A DNA stretch of 64,000 bases from Zygnema circumcarinatum SAG 698-1b (GCA_037447605.1 CM074806.1:2728001-2792000); one strand, 5' to 3'; shown: positions 47,501 to 59,384, counted from the stretch's first letter. Notes: a model not told the origin generated them from the sequence alone. Numbers and translations: made by a program.

Positions 47501-48187
47501 TCCAAAATCAAATACCATTGCTCCTACAGCCACAGTCTGTAAGACGACGAATCCACTTCTCTTTCCAATTCACTAAGTGACAAAACAGGTCACGAGGGAA
47601 GCAGCACGCGTCAACGTAAAAACAACCTCAAGAACATATATGTAGATGAAGAAAGGCGCCACTTGACTGTGAACCAGTTAGAAACGGTTACATGACCTTC
47701 CCGCTCCAGCATGATAGCTTATCTCAAGAAGGGCAATGACCCTGCAACTCTCATTCCGACACAATGCATTCTTCCAAACAAAAGTAAAAGAAGGATAGAG
47801 CCAGCAAGGACACGAAAGGAAATGGATGAACAAAAAAATTTGCTCGCTACCAATCCGCTTGGTAAGTGACGAACAGTAGAAACAAAATGATAATCGACAA
47901 CACTCATCTGATCGGCCAATAAAGATGCTCTGCGAGGTACTTCTTGGACGTCGCACGTCAGGTTGTAACCATCTTCATCCAAATCTTCTGGACTAATTGC
48001 CAGGCATGCAGTCTTACTTTCCAGCCGTTCAGAGGCTGTTGAATTTACACCGCAGGTCAACAACATCAAAAACACACAGGAACACGCAGGAAGAAGCCAA
48101 CAAGCCGCGAATCCGCTGCAAGCTCGATCGGCGAAAGAAGGTACTGCACCTCCGTAGCCAGTTCAAGAAAGTCTCCAGGAGGCCCAT
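44598..48187 (-). CDS. ARL8: ADP-ribosylation factor-like GTPase ARL8 (ARLA1-type), 6 exons
   Basis: [12 protein letters not shown]|[28 protein letters not shown]|[11 protein letters not shown]|[74 protein letters not shown]; N gap upstream at 48247-48256. Confidence 0.96.
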
Positions 48188-48684
48188 GGCTGCTTGTCAC
48201 AGACAAATCCTGCGCGCGCTGCACAAGCCCCTCCCCTCCCCTCCCCNNNNNNNNNNCCCCTCCCCTCCCCTCCCCTCCCCTCCCCTCCCCTCCCCTCCTC
48301 TTCTCCCTCCGTCCCTCCCCAGCACGCGCTCCGCGAGAGGCCCCCCGCGCGGGTCTCAGCAGGGCTGCCACGTGGCGCTGGAGGCACGCAGGACGCCTGC
48401 AACGAGACCGCACACGTTCCGTGCGCACTAGTTACAAAATCGAACAACATCCGTAAGAATACAGTAACTGGCGCATAGACAAGTTGCACAGTTCACTGGA
48501 ACTATACTTTAACGGGACACATAACGGAGCGCACGTGTACGAGGTAGCGGCCCCTGGCGGCTAGCCGTGATGGATATTTTTTGCTCTTTTCCCTTTTGAT
48601 GCAGGCGCTGGGCGAGAGGGAGGGAGGTGAAGTCGAGAGGGGGGAGGGCGGAGGCGCGCAGACATCCGGCAGACAGCGGCAGCC
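48188..48684. promoter_or_regulatory. Putative bidirectional promoter ARL8 / CGL160 with (CCCCT)n tract and perfect G-box GCCACGTGGC (48367-48376)
   Basis: Head-to-head ATGs 497 bp apart (includes a 10-N gap); motifs read directly; function inferred. Confidence 0.55.
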
Positions 48685-51600
48685 ATGGCTGCGGCGCTCT
48701 GTTCTCGCGCACTGCTGCTACAGAACAGGCCGTGGACGTCCCGCCACGCGCAAGGAGGCGCACGGACATCTGTCGTCGCTGCAGCGACAGGTGGACTTCC
48801 TATGCTAGTTTTGTTTGTCTTTCGGCACCCATAGTCGAATTCAGTCTCATAGGATGATTAATATTTTCATGCTTGTCCGAGCAGCAACTTTCCTTTTCCT
48901 GGAGCTTCCTTGCATGCCGTCCATGAGCAGGCACGCTAACTTTGCCCTGGTGTTGCACGATTTCATAGGCGGTGAGTTGAGTCCACAAGAAAGATTCGAC
49001 GCCTTGGTGAGGAGCAAGCCAGCGACTCTGCCATCTAGGGAGGGGAGTCGTGGAGTTGCAGTCCAGGAATGGAATGACGAGCAGGAGGTCAGCAGTGAAG
49101 CTCGGGCTCGGGTTAACGAGAAGTTGCAACAGCAGGTGAAATTCACCTCGTTTTGCAGTCTCCTTGATGGAACCACATCCTGGTCGGAGCCCATTTTCTC
49201 CCGATTGACACGTTTCTTGTTTTCGTTGCTAAAGTTAGTACATTGCCTAGCGTGACTGGGCAGGATACAAAACCTGTTGGTCCTCTCATACTTGGACTAC
49301 GATGCATGTGGGCCAAGCATTGCATACCCATGATTAGGAAGAAGTGAGAACTACTATTTATTGGTGTGGATATGTTTCCATGACATATACAAAGAGACCA
49401 GAGAGCTAGATACTCACTCCATCTTGTTTTCGCAAATCTAATTCTAAAGCAAGTGGCAAATGTATTATGGTATCTGTTTGGAAATTGCGAAAAAATGCAT
49501 ATTCCAATTGACTTGTTACGGTCTAGTAACTACAGGAGACTATAGATTTTTTGATGAAAAGGTTCAAGGCATTTTGAGCATGTTGATGACTTAATGACGT
49601 TATGAAGGAGCTCATTGACCCTGCGAAGATTCGCAGCTGTGATCGCAAATCGAACCATGGGCTTAGAGTTGGTCGTTTAGGCCATGCATATCACCTCTGT
49701 TCACTGTTTGAGATATTCGCTCCTGCTTGTCTTCGATTTCTGTCGAATAGCAGCCTCCCTATCCCAACTAGCACTCCGTTTACCTGGAATAACCTGCTGA
49801 CGTAAAGATCTGGCCGATTTTGTCTGGGAGAGTTAGATGCTCAGGCTTTGATTGCAGCTTCTGAAGGTAGCGAGAGAATGGATTCGGAAAAACCTTCAAA
49901 AAGTATTGCCTCGCCATCGGATCCAAGGCGTGCCTATGAGGTGAATATGTGGCATTTTGGCGCCTGTTAGTTCTCCCCGTCGTCCTGTACATGCCCTCAA
50001 CATCCCTCCGTGAATGTGGAAAGCGTAGAGTGATGATATTGCATATCGTTTGTTTAGTCTCCTGTTCGTCGGTATAAATCACCTTTCAATGCACGGAGGT
50101 AGTCTCGGGGATGTTGTTCCATGCACCCACTTTCCTGCCATTTTTATGTATTAATGATGCTTGAGTGGTCTGACGGTCGGCAGGAAAGGGAAAAAGCAAG
50201 AATGGAAAGGAGGCGGCTAGGAATGCTGGAATATGAGCAGGTGCTGTCTATCCCGTTTTGCCATCCTATTTTTGTCACTGCGCTGGCTCATTAAAGAAGT
50301 CGGGGGTATATGGAAGGAGGGAAAGGCACTAACACAGAGAGAACAGAATTCGCTTTTCGACCTTCCAGAAAGAGATAAAGGGGTGCTATGCGGGTGTTAC
50401 GTGGTTTCCAGTGGATAAAATAATTTGCTGGACGAGTTCAGGGCTGGTTGTTGTGAATTTCACCTGAAGCAGTTCCTTACCTGCTATGGCTTGCAGCTGA
50501 AAAGGGAGTTGGAGAAGTTGACGATTGGCGTTGGTGCATTGTGCGGAACTTACTGCTTTTTTGTCCTGTCCTTGGAGGTGAGCCGACTTCTTTGGTTTCC
50601 TTCGTTACCAATTTCAGTAAGACTGACGGAATTTTCAACCTATATCGATGATCTATCATTCAAGGTCTTAAGAAAGTTGGCTCCATTAGGTTAGCCACAT
50701 GGTGACCCTATGTTCCAGGCGCATCCATTATTGAGTCATTGCCCATAGCAACTGATGGACATTTTTTGTTTCCCCTGATTGTTTTCTTTACTTTTCCATG
50801 CTCTTTTCGTCTTTGTCGGGTTCCACAGGCGGCTGCAAGCTACGGAGTTGGAGTGTTTGGAAGGTACTTTCTTGGCCAAATCTGTGTTATAATGTGATCC
50901 GATGGTTCTTTTCACCACGAGGTCGGGGTGCAAATCATAGGGATAGTAGGACCCGTGGATGCTATTTGTAGCAGAACAAATTCAGCACTCTATCTATAGG
51001 TACCAGGAGGGGCAGTGTTTTTAATGAAAGGCGCTTGCCTTTTGGGAACAGAATGTGGATATCAGCGCTTACAGGGTTGTTTTATTGTCTTTCTCCTCTC
51101 TTGGGGCTCTCGGAATTGCTGTTAGATTAAAGAGGCGCTGTCTTATTTGTGCAGTTATCTGTATTTGCAACTTTTGTACCGTGAAGCCGACCAAATTTCC
51201 TCTGAGACGGTGCCGGAGATTTTTCGGGAAAGGAAGCAGAGGAAGAATAAGTAGGCCCTTTATGCTGAAGCAGTTTTTGCTCTACATTATCTTTCAATAT
51301 CCAATGCTGTCCTTTTGGCTCCTCCATTTGCGGAAGTTCTGTAAATTGTTCGAGGCCATGAGGTTGTGCCTCCACGTATAAGGGAACGTTTTGATTGAAA
51401 CATGTGTTTGCTGGTACCCTGGTTGGGCTAATTTTGCTAATACCTCTCCTCACGTTGACCCACCCCACCTTCTCTCTTTCTCTCTCTCCCACTTTGGCTA
51501 TCTGCACAACCTTCTCTCCGTCTCCTGTGCGTGCACTTGTTTATGGATTGGGGGTCGGGAATACTGAATCAATGGTTCATTTTCTGCTTAGAGCTCAAGC

Positions 51601-52159
51601 CTCACTTTCGGTTGCCAGTTCCATGGTCTGTGCAGGAGTCTTTTGAAAACGGGACAGAGGGTATTTGAGGGCAGCCGCAGAGCTCTGTCGTCACAAAGAC
51701 TAGTGATTCCGGCTATCTTGATGGGCCTTTGGGCTGCCTCGAAACAGGTGGCAGGCGATGTGCCTGACAGTTTTCACCTTGAGGTAAAGTTTTCTCTTAT
51801 CGGTACTTTCAGTGAGTGTAGTTTTTGTTGGGATTCTGTCCAGCCATTTCACGTTCTTCAGTTTTCTGCCTTCTTCGTAAACTTATTCTGGGGTGCTGTT
51901 CCTGTGAGCGACCTTGTTTGGATTTGAAGTGCCAAATCTATCTATTTATCCTCTTCTTGACTTAGCATATCCTTCACATACATCTGTTTCAAGGAGTGAT
52001 CCTATCTAAGACATTTGTATGCCTGTGGTTATCAATTGAGCGTTTCTGCAATTGTTATGGCTTCACCTGCAGGTGGTGCCGCTGTTCTTGGGGTTTTTGG
52101 CGTACAAAGGAGCGGCATTGGTCTTTGTGTACCGCGACAACAAGGATTTGCTCTTTTGA
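48685..52159 (+). CDS. CGL160: CGL160, chloroplast ATP synthase assembly factor (Atp1/UncI-like C-terminal membrane domain)
   Basis: Transit-like exon 1; later exons LKRELEKLTIGVGALCGTYCFFVLSLE, AAASYGVGVFG, YLYLQLLYREADQISSETVPEIF, ALSSQRLVIPAILMGLW, VVPLFLGFLAYKGAALVFVYRDNKDLLF* (TGA 52157-52159) match CGL160 motifs recalled from land plants. Confidence 0.85.
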
Positions 52160-52869
52160 GGAGTTAGTGCGTGGAACTGGTGGCCCTTTGTGCATGGGCA
52201 GAGGGGACTGGGTGCTCCATGTAACCAACCGACCTTTTTATTAGTAAGCAGTTGGAAATGGAATTAATATTAGTGGCTCCAACGTGTAAACCTTCACTCC
52301 CATTTGTCGACTGTGCTCAGTGTTGTGCTGCCGTGCAGTATGGCCTCTAACTCCGCCAGTTGGAGGGCCTACCGGTCGTTTGAATGGGCTGCGTGCTTGC
52401 TATTGTAAGTCGTCATTTGGATTATAACCCTAAAATCTGTCTCTCGGATCACAACATGCAACGGGCTTCTAATTTAGATTAGTTTCATCAGCTGTTGATC
52501 ACTATGCCTTAAGGAACTTATTATTTTCTGCACCTTCATTGAAATAGTTATCTAACTTCGTACTTCAACCGCTTAAAGTGGACGTGACCACTAGTCACCT
52601 TTTTAGGGTACGGATTGTTGTCAGTCGTCAATAAAACTACATTATGTCCCAAACTCCCAATGCAGACGCGTCTGTACACAGAGTACCTTCGTGTCCACGT
52701 GCCAACCCAAGGAAGTCAACACGAGTGGCCGCTAGAACGGGATTATGTTACCCCCTTGTTTGCTGGCTACGGCTGGGACCTGTGAACCAGGGCAAGGGAA
52801 TTATTCCGCTCGCAAACTGCAAACCGTTGAATGTTTGTGTGATAGATAGCTGTCAACTGTCAATTACAT

Positions 52870-53190
52870 CACAGGTCGGACCATCAACCACTGAAAAGGT
52901 TTCGAACCATTGGTTGGCGACCCAACCAATTATTGCCATCCATTGAATATTGCCAATGGTTACGTCATTCTTTTTTAACTCTTTCGCATTATATCCTATA
53001 GTAGTTAGCGGCTAAAGGTGAAAGCACGTCGTCCATAGCAGACTGCGAGGCCTGAGATTGTATCTGCTAGTCGGCCTGTAAACTTTGCGCTTTCAGGGAA
53101 TGGTTCCAGCCATTGCCAATGGTTGGTAGTCATTGGATGCCTGACATTCGCCAAACGGTTGGACAAGCAGTGCCAATGGTTGGAACCAAT
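52870..53190 (+). mobile_element. Diverged, probably truncated relative of the CACAG palindrome-array element
   Basis: CACAGGTCGGACCA at 52870-52883 (13/14 to the family TIR), followed by ACCATTGGTTGG, CCATTGCCAATGGTTGG and GCCAATGGTTGGAACCAATGG motifs. No second TIR or TSD found. Confidence 0.55.
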
Positions 53191-53252
53191 GGTACGCGGA
53201 TGAGCCAACCACGCGGTCAAAGGACATCATCGCATACATCGCAGGTGTCGAC

Positions 53253-53284
53253 CGGTCGGTCGGTCGGTCGGTCGGTCGGTCGGT
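53253..53284 (+). repeat. (CGGT)8 microsatellite
   Basis: Direct sequence. Confidence 0.9.
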
Positions 53285-54870
53285 CACGGTGAGACCCCGC
53301 TGGGCTCTGATTGGCGGTCTCATCAGCGCGACGCTCGCTATTGGCGGGGGCGCGGAGAAAAGTCAAGGTTCTGCCACTCCTGCAGTCATTGGAAAATTGT
53401 GAAAGTCAATCGACGGAGACTGACGGGATGCTTGCCACGTGGACAACTTGCACGGTGAGGATGATGACGCAAATGCCGATGACCATGAGGGCATGTCAGA
53501 CAAAAAATCGTCTGTACCTGGAATAACCGTTAATCTGACCGAAAATGAATACTTCAAATAGATATTTATTAGTCTGCGAGGACTGCATCTGAACAGACCT
53601 CTGTGCTATTGCTTTCGATTCTTGAACTTCTGACGTCTTATTGGCCGGGGTGCTGGACAGGGTCGAGCATCTCCCAATGGCTCTGCCACGTTTCCAATCA
53701 CTGTCGCGCATTCCGATTGGACAGCGGTCGTTGGAGGGGTAACCGCAGACACTGACCGTACCATACGGTGGAATGATACCGTACAATCATTTTTTGTCGC
53801 GGCCCGCGTTGACGTTCGAATGTACCGGCGCCGGTTTTCGAACCAGACTTTTCCAAACAGCCAAAATACTGACAAGCAGGGCAAAATACTCAAAGAAAAT
53901 ATTTACTTCCCTGGCAGCCTGCCCGGAGACCACGACGGCCGCCGATTCGACTTCTTTGTCCATATCCGACGGCGTAAATCGCATCCAAAACATTTGCCTA
54001 CGACCCGGTTCCCAAAAAGACAATTTTTCGACAAAGCCAGAAACAAGCAAATTTGCCCGAAATGATTAGGTCGTACATTATTGTTGCCGTGCCCGGCCAT
54101 CCGTACGGTCGCGCTGTCTCAATGACCAATACAGCTACAGTAAAGGGCCCTCATATTTTCCACCCTCTTAATTGCGTTTCCCAAGAAATTCGCCGTGCTT
54201 TTTGCCGAAACCATTTTTTTGTACGGTAAGTCTGTGTTAGCCGTACTAGCCGTACTAGCCGTTACTGTACGGGCTGAAGCAAAACTCACCGAACCTTCCC
54301 GCACGTGCCGCCGTAAGAGGCGCTCGCTCCTCTCCCCTTCTTATTAGGGATGGCCCGCGTTATAAATTCCGAATACATTATATACTTTACAACGGGTTTA
54401 AAAGTAGTAATATATTATAAAGTAAAAGACTTTATTATATATATTATACCCACTCGTTTTGAACAATTAACGGTCGTACGGTCATACGGTCGTACCATAC
54501 CAAAATTAGGTCGTTTTGGCGTTGGCGTTGCGAAATGCGTCCGTCTGGTTCACTCTGTCTGCTCGTGCATCCGTACCGCATAATACCGTACGACCATACG
54601 ACCGTACGTGTTGTAAAGGCGTTGTAAAGTATTATATAACAGCCGTTATCTAGTCGTCACAGTTATATAATATAATATATATTATATAGAGAAAAGATGT
54701 TTGATTGAACTCACGATGGCAAGGCCATCAAATGTACAAGGAGAAAATCGACATAAGGAACCAAAAGAAGCGGTCACAACGGACAGAAGGACAGAGAGAA
54801 AGCTTGGAAACGGAAATCAACTTCTAGGCGCAACAACACGGCACTAGAAGCAGCCGCGAAGGTCGCCAAT

Positions 54871-55029
54871 AGGGGGTGTCAGACTTAAAAAATTTCAGTA
54901 AGCGTGTTCGTAAGTTTGACATCAGAACGAGTACTCCAGTATAATCGCAATCCTCCTGCGGCGGAGTACTTTCGTAACCTTTTTTTTCGTAACGCTTTTC
55001 GTAAGATTTTGTTAAGTCTGACACCCCCT
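54871..55029. mobile_element. 159-bp MITE, PIF/Harbinger (Tourist)-like
   Basis: Perfect 18-bp TIRs AGGGGGTGTCAGACTTAA / TTAAGTCTGACACCCCCT; 3-bp TSD AAT (54868-54870, 55030-55032); paralogous empty site at ~37043-37049. Confidence 0.85.
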
Positions 55030-55046
55030 AATGTAGTGTTAATTAA

Positions 55047-55991
55047 GGGTAGTGATATTTCCACCCCTTTTTTGGATCCAAACACCCCTTCCCGGCCGGG
55101 CAGGTTTCAAAAAGGATTAAAAACGGAAAATGCTTTTTTCACACCTTTTTGGAATCGATACCACCCTCCATCGGCAGATTTTATTTCTGCGAAACAAGGA
55201 AAATGATAACCCGTCACCCAATTTGAATATCCCGCCTACCTGATTTTTTTTTCACGCGTGCGGTCAATCGCAGCCGTCGATTCCCTCGCAGATCGCCACA
55301 CGGCAGATCACTATTTGATCTGCAGCCGGGCTCGGTCACAGCGCATGGCACGGGCCCACGTATCCCGCCAAAGTCCTCTCAAAAGTATGTCCGTACAAAT
55401 GTCGTACGGTCGCAACTTGAGGAACCCAAAATTTCGTACATTAAGATCTTAAACCAATCAAAATTTTCCACGTCAAAATGTAACACGTGGAAGATGTTGA
55501 TTGGCTGGGAGGTAACAATGACGAGATCTCGGGCCGAGGGACGCGCGCACTCGCACGTGCGGTTTGGCTTTGACGGGACTCGTGGGCGCTTTCCATTCGC
55601 TAAGATCGAGCCCGGCTGCAGATCGAACGGTGATCTGCAGTGGTGCGATCTGCGAGGGATATCGACAGATGCGATTGACAAACACGTGTGAAGGACGGAC
55701 ACCCGCGTACGATCTCGTGGGGGACGGATCTTCCGCTCCGAGCGGATTCGGGCAGGCAGATATTTCTTTCCCTCAAAAAAAAAATTCAGGGAGGCGGGAT
55801 ACAGTATTCCAAAATGCGGTGACGGGGTATCATTTTCCTTGGTTAGCAAATAAAATCAGCCGACGGAAGAAGGTGGGTATCGATTCCAAAAAGGTGTGAA
55901 AAAAGCATTTTCTGTTTTTAATCCCTTTTGAAATCTGCCCGGCCGGGAAGGGGTGTTTGGATCCAAAAAAGGGGTGGAAATATCACTACCC
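55047..55991. mobile_element. 945-bp foldback / Mutator-like non-autonomous element with long TIRs
   Basis: Arms begin GGGTAGTGATATTTCCACCCC; near-perfect for ~115 bp and alignable for ~210 bp, with a second inner arm pair 55253-55337 vs 55604-55688; flanked by TTAATTAA on both sides. Confidence 0.85.
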
Positions 55992-56461
55992 TTAATTAAT
56001 CCATCCCTACTTCTTATTGGCTTCGATACGGCATGGCACGATACGATATTGTACGATATTATACGATACGACACGATATGGTACGGTGTGATGTGTACGG
56101 TCTTACATGAACTCTAACATAATACCGCCCGCCTATTGGTAACACGAACCTTATATTTGCAAATTCCAAGATTTTCGCCCCATATTTGCCAAAGCCATGG
56201 CGAAAATATGAGGGCTGTCTACTGTATCCGGTTCACCCTCAGCCAACCCTAGTCCCGCTACGCGACACGGCTCCGAGGATCTATGTGACCTACATTACTA
56301 TCCTGTTACAACCTATGGAACGTATCATTCGGCTCGAAGGACTCCGTATAAATCGTACGTCTCGTACGAACCGTACGCTCCATACGGCGCCTTGCAGAAG
56401 CCCTTGACTGCGCTGACTTCGCCGCGCTGGAGTGTGGGCAAGTGGGCAGGCCGCGGTCTGG

Positions 56462-56560
56462 GAGGGGCCGGGGAGGGAGGGAGGGAGGGAGGGAGGGAGG
56501 GAGGGAGGGCCCAGGGACGGAGAGCGGGAGGGAGAGAAAGAGAGAGAGAGAGAGAGGAGA
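56462..56560 (+). repeat. (GGGA)n/(GA)n purine tract at the putative WRKY transcription start region
   Basis: Direct sequence. Confidence 0.85.
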
Positions 56561-56794
56561 GATACCGTATATGCAGCAGATGAGAAGGGGTTTTTTAATT
56601 CGCATTGTACTGCTCGCAAGGGACACACTTAGGTAGGGCTTTCACACCTGGTTAAGGAGCCTCTAATCTCCGTTTATCTGCAATCTGCAATAGCGCACTC
56701 GTTTAGAAGCTCTATTATCTTAGGTTTTTTTTATCTCTCTCTGCAAAGGGTGCAGACAGGCAGACCTACCCTGTTCTCTCGGTTTCAGACAGCC

Positions 56795-59384
56795 ATGGAT
56801 GCCTGGATGGAGCTTCAGAAGTCCTCATACATGCCGGAAAAGCGACCCATACAGCAGTTTGTGGAGGAGGCCGATCGGCTCCGCCGCCTCTCAGACGCGG
56901 TTGCGGCTGCTTTAAACCGCCAACCAAACAGCGACACGTATCACTCCCGCGCAGAGGGAGGAGCCCAGAATCTCGGCCCTGAAATATTTGTGCCCAGGCG
57001 GCAGATTCAAATGCTGACTTCTTCTCAAATTCCTTCGGGGGGGGAGCAATTCACGTGTGACTTTTCGGAGGAAAGGAGCAGCGAAATCGGCTTCTCGCTG
57101 TTGGAAAACGGAATGGGGGAGGAGAAAGGGAACGGTGGAGGAGGCGACGGCCTGAGAGGAGTGGCTGAGGGGCTGGTAGACTGGAACAGACGGATGCTTT
57201 CCGGGGAGAAGGAGCAAGGGATGGTGGAGGGAGGCGGTTGTGGTGGAGAGGGGGGAAGTGAGCGTGAGGAGGCGGAGGGGCTGCAAGAGGTGCGGGAGAT
57301 TGGAGTTGGCGCGTTGAGCCTGCTGGAGAGAATGGTCGCGCAGACGGACTTCCTGGCCCAGCAAGTGGAGCGAAATCTCATGGAACCGTCTACACCTGGC
57401 ACAGCCCTCTTGCGGTATGCACCCATCAACTAAGGGATGAATCTCTCTCGTTCTCCCCCTCCCCCTCCCCCTCCCCCCGCTCGCTCTTTCTCCCTGTGTT
57501 TGCCTCGTCTCATCCACATACTATGACTCTTATGTGCATTTCTCCCAAGGTACCCTTCTCTGTTCCCCATTGGCTGCATCATACCTCTCTCTCTCTCCTG
57601 GCTCTCTTTACCCCCTTTCTCCCTTTTCACACCACCTGCCTACGCCCTGGGGAGGGATGCAGGAAGGTGGAGGAGGCGGGCATGGTGAGTGAAGCCGACG
57701 CCCTTGCCAGGACCATTGTCGACAAGCTCCAAGTGTTCCGCGCGAAGCTCAGCTCCATGGCGTCCTCGGCAGGCGCCCTGCAGACCGACAGGAGGGAGGG
57801 CCTCCGTGCTTTCAAGGAGGCTGGGAAAGGCGCTGATGCTGTCGGCACTCTGCAGAGTGAAAATGGCGGCTCCGATTCTGCGAAAGAAAGTAATCTTTTC
57901 TCCCTGGTGCCCTTAATGGGGCTGCAGTGGCCCGCTATGGACTCGGGCTCAGAGGGGGCAAGCACATGTGAGGATGGCGGCACCATAATGCAGTCCGATG
58001 CATCGAACCTGGTCACTACCAAGAGCCAAGACATCCCTCTCTGGTGCATTCCAGAGACGGTGAGACTGGTGCGGCTCCTTTCTTCCTGTCACTGTTTTCT
58101 GAAAGCAGCCAAAATAGACAAAAGCAAGAACAAAATGTAGAACATGAAAAGAAATGAATCACGAGGTAGAAAAAGCATGCCCTTGTGTGTCGCTTGGTCT
58201 TACTGGTTGCCTTTTCTGTCCCCAGAGCCCCAAGTTTATGGACCACACCGACCACTTTGACTTCGCCTTCCCTTCTCCCAAGCTTCCCATGCCCTCTCCC
58301 AGCAATTGGGCACACCGTCTTCTCACAATGAGTGATCAGGAGCCGTCTGTGGATGACAAAATCCTCAAAGAACAGTCTGAGCATTCAGCTGCACTGCCCG
58401 CGAGCACTGCAGTGAGCGGCACAATTGCGGCAACTCCCTCTCAACCTTGCCAAAACGCAGCCACCGCTGCAATGAGCTTGGCGGAGTATCCTCGGATTTC
58501 GATTCCCTCTATGGCTCTGTCTATAGCAGCAGAGTACCTCGCAGGCATGGCATGGGAGAGAGGCCCGAATTCTCCTGCTGTTCCACAAACATCTTTATCA
58601 CCTGATGTTGTGACGACAACAGGATGGACGTCAACGGAGGCTTCTGGGGAGGAAAGTCCGGAGCCTGTCAGCTCAGGAAGTGCTGCTTTGAAGAGGTAAG
58701 CCACTATCCAGCTGTGTGCGGAAGCTTGCTGTAAACAGGGCACTTAAACACTTTCTTGTATTCTTGTTTGAGCTGCGGATGAAGCAGCTATTGCTTTTTT
58801 ACATGGGTGCAGGCAAAGAACTAAGCACTTGGAAGAGGACGTTCCGGGAGACACGTGGAATTGGAGAAAGTACGGGCAGAAAGTGATCAAAGATTCCAAT
58901 CTTTACAGGTATGAAGTTGATCGCTACTGCAGTATGTCATGTTTGGGTAGTAAGGGAGGGTATATGGTTGAGGAGTCTTCCTACGAGACAAAGTCCTGCT
59001 GTCCGTTATTGTACTCCAAGTTTTTGCGTTTGGTGACGTTTGATGAAGAGTGAGGACGCTACCGCTCGAAAGCTATTATCACACGAGAAGTAGCTGGAGA
59101 TGTTTGGTTATATTGAGAGATGCTTAGCCTTTTTCTTTCAAAGAGTTTCTGGAGTGCGCAAGCTGAACAATAGTGTGTGCTCGGTCTGCTGCAACAGAAG
59201 CTATTACCGGTGCGGAAACCGTAAAACTGAAGTTTGCAACGCAAAGCGGCATGTGGACCGCTATCTGGTGGACAACACGGTGGCCTCCGTTGTGTACGAC
59301 GGAGACCACTCTCACTCGATGCCTCCAAAGCGAGTCCGGAAAACTGTCGTTATTCGGAACCATCCGGGATCATCTTTGCTCTGA
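56795..59384 (+). CDS. WRKY transcription factor, single C-terminal WRKY domain, about 5 exons
   Basis: Exon ~58813-58907 DVPGDTWNWRKYGQKVIKDSNLYR; phase-2 R-type intron; then SYYRCGNRKTEVCNAKRHVDRYLVDNTVASVVYDGDHSH. N-terminal exon structure and stop are less certain. Confidence 0.88.

Larger units (their letters stand above)
54345..56009 (+). mobile_element. Non-autonomous hAT-like element carrying two nested insertions
   Basis: TIRs TAGGGATGG (54345) / CCATCCCTA (56001-56009), Ac/Ds-like; perfect 8-bp TSD CTTCTTAT at 54337-54344 and 56010-56017. Confidence 0.9.
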
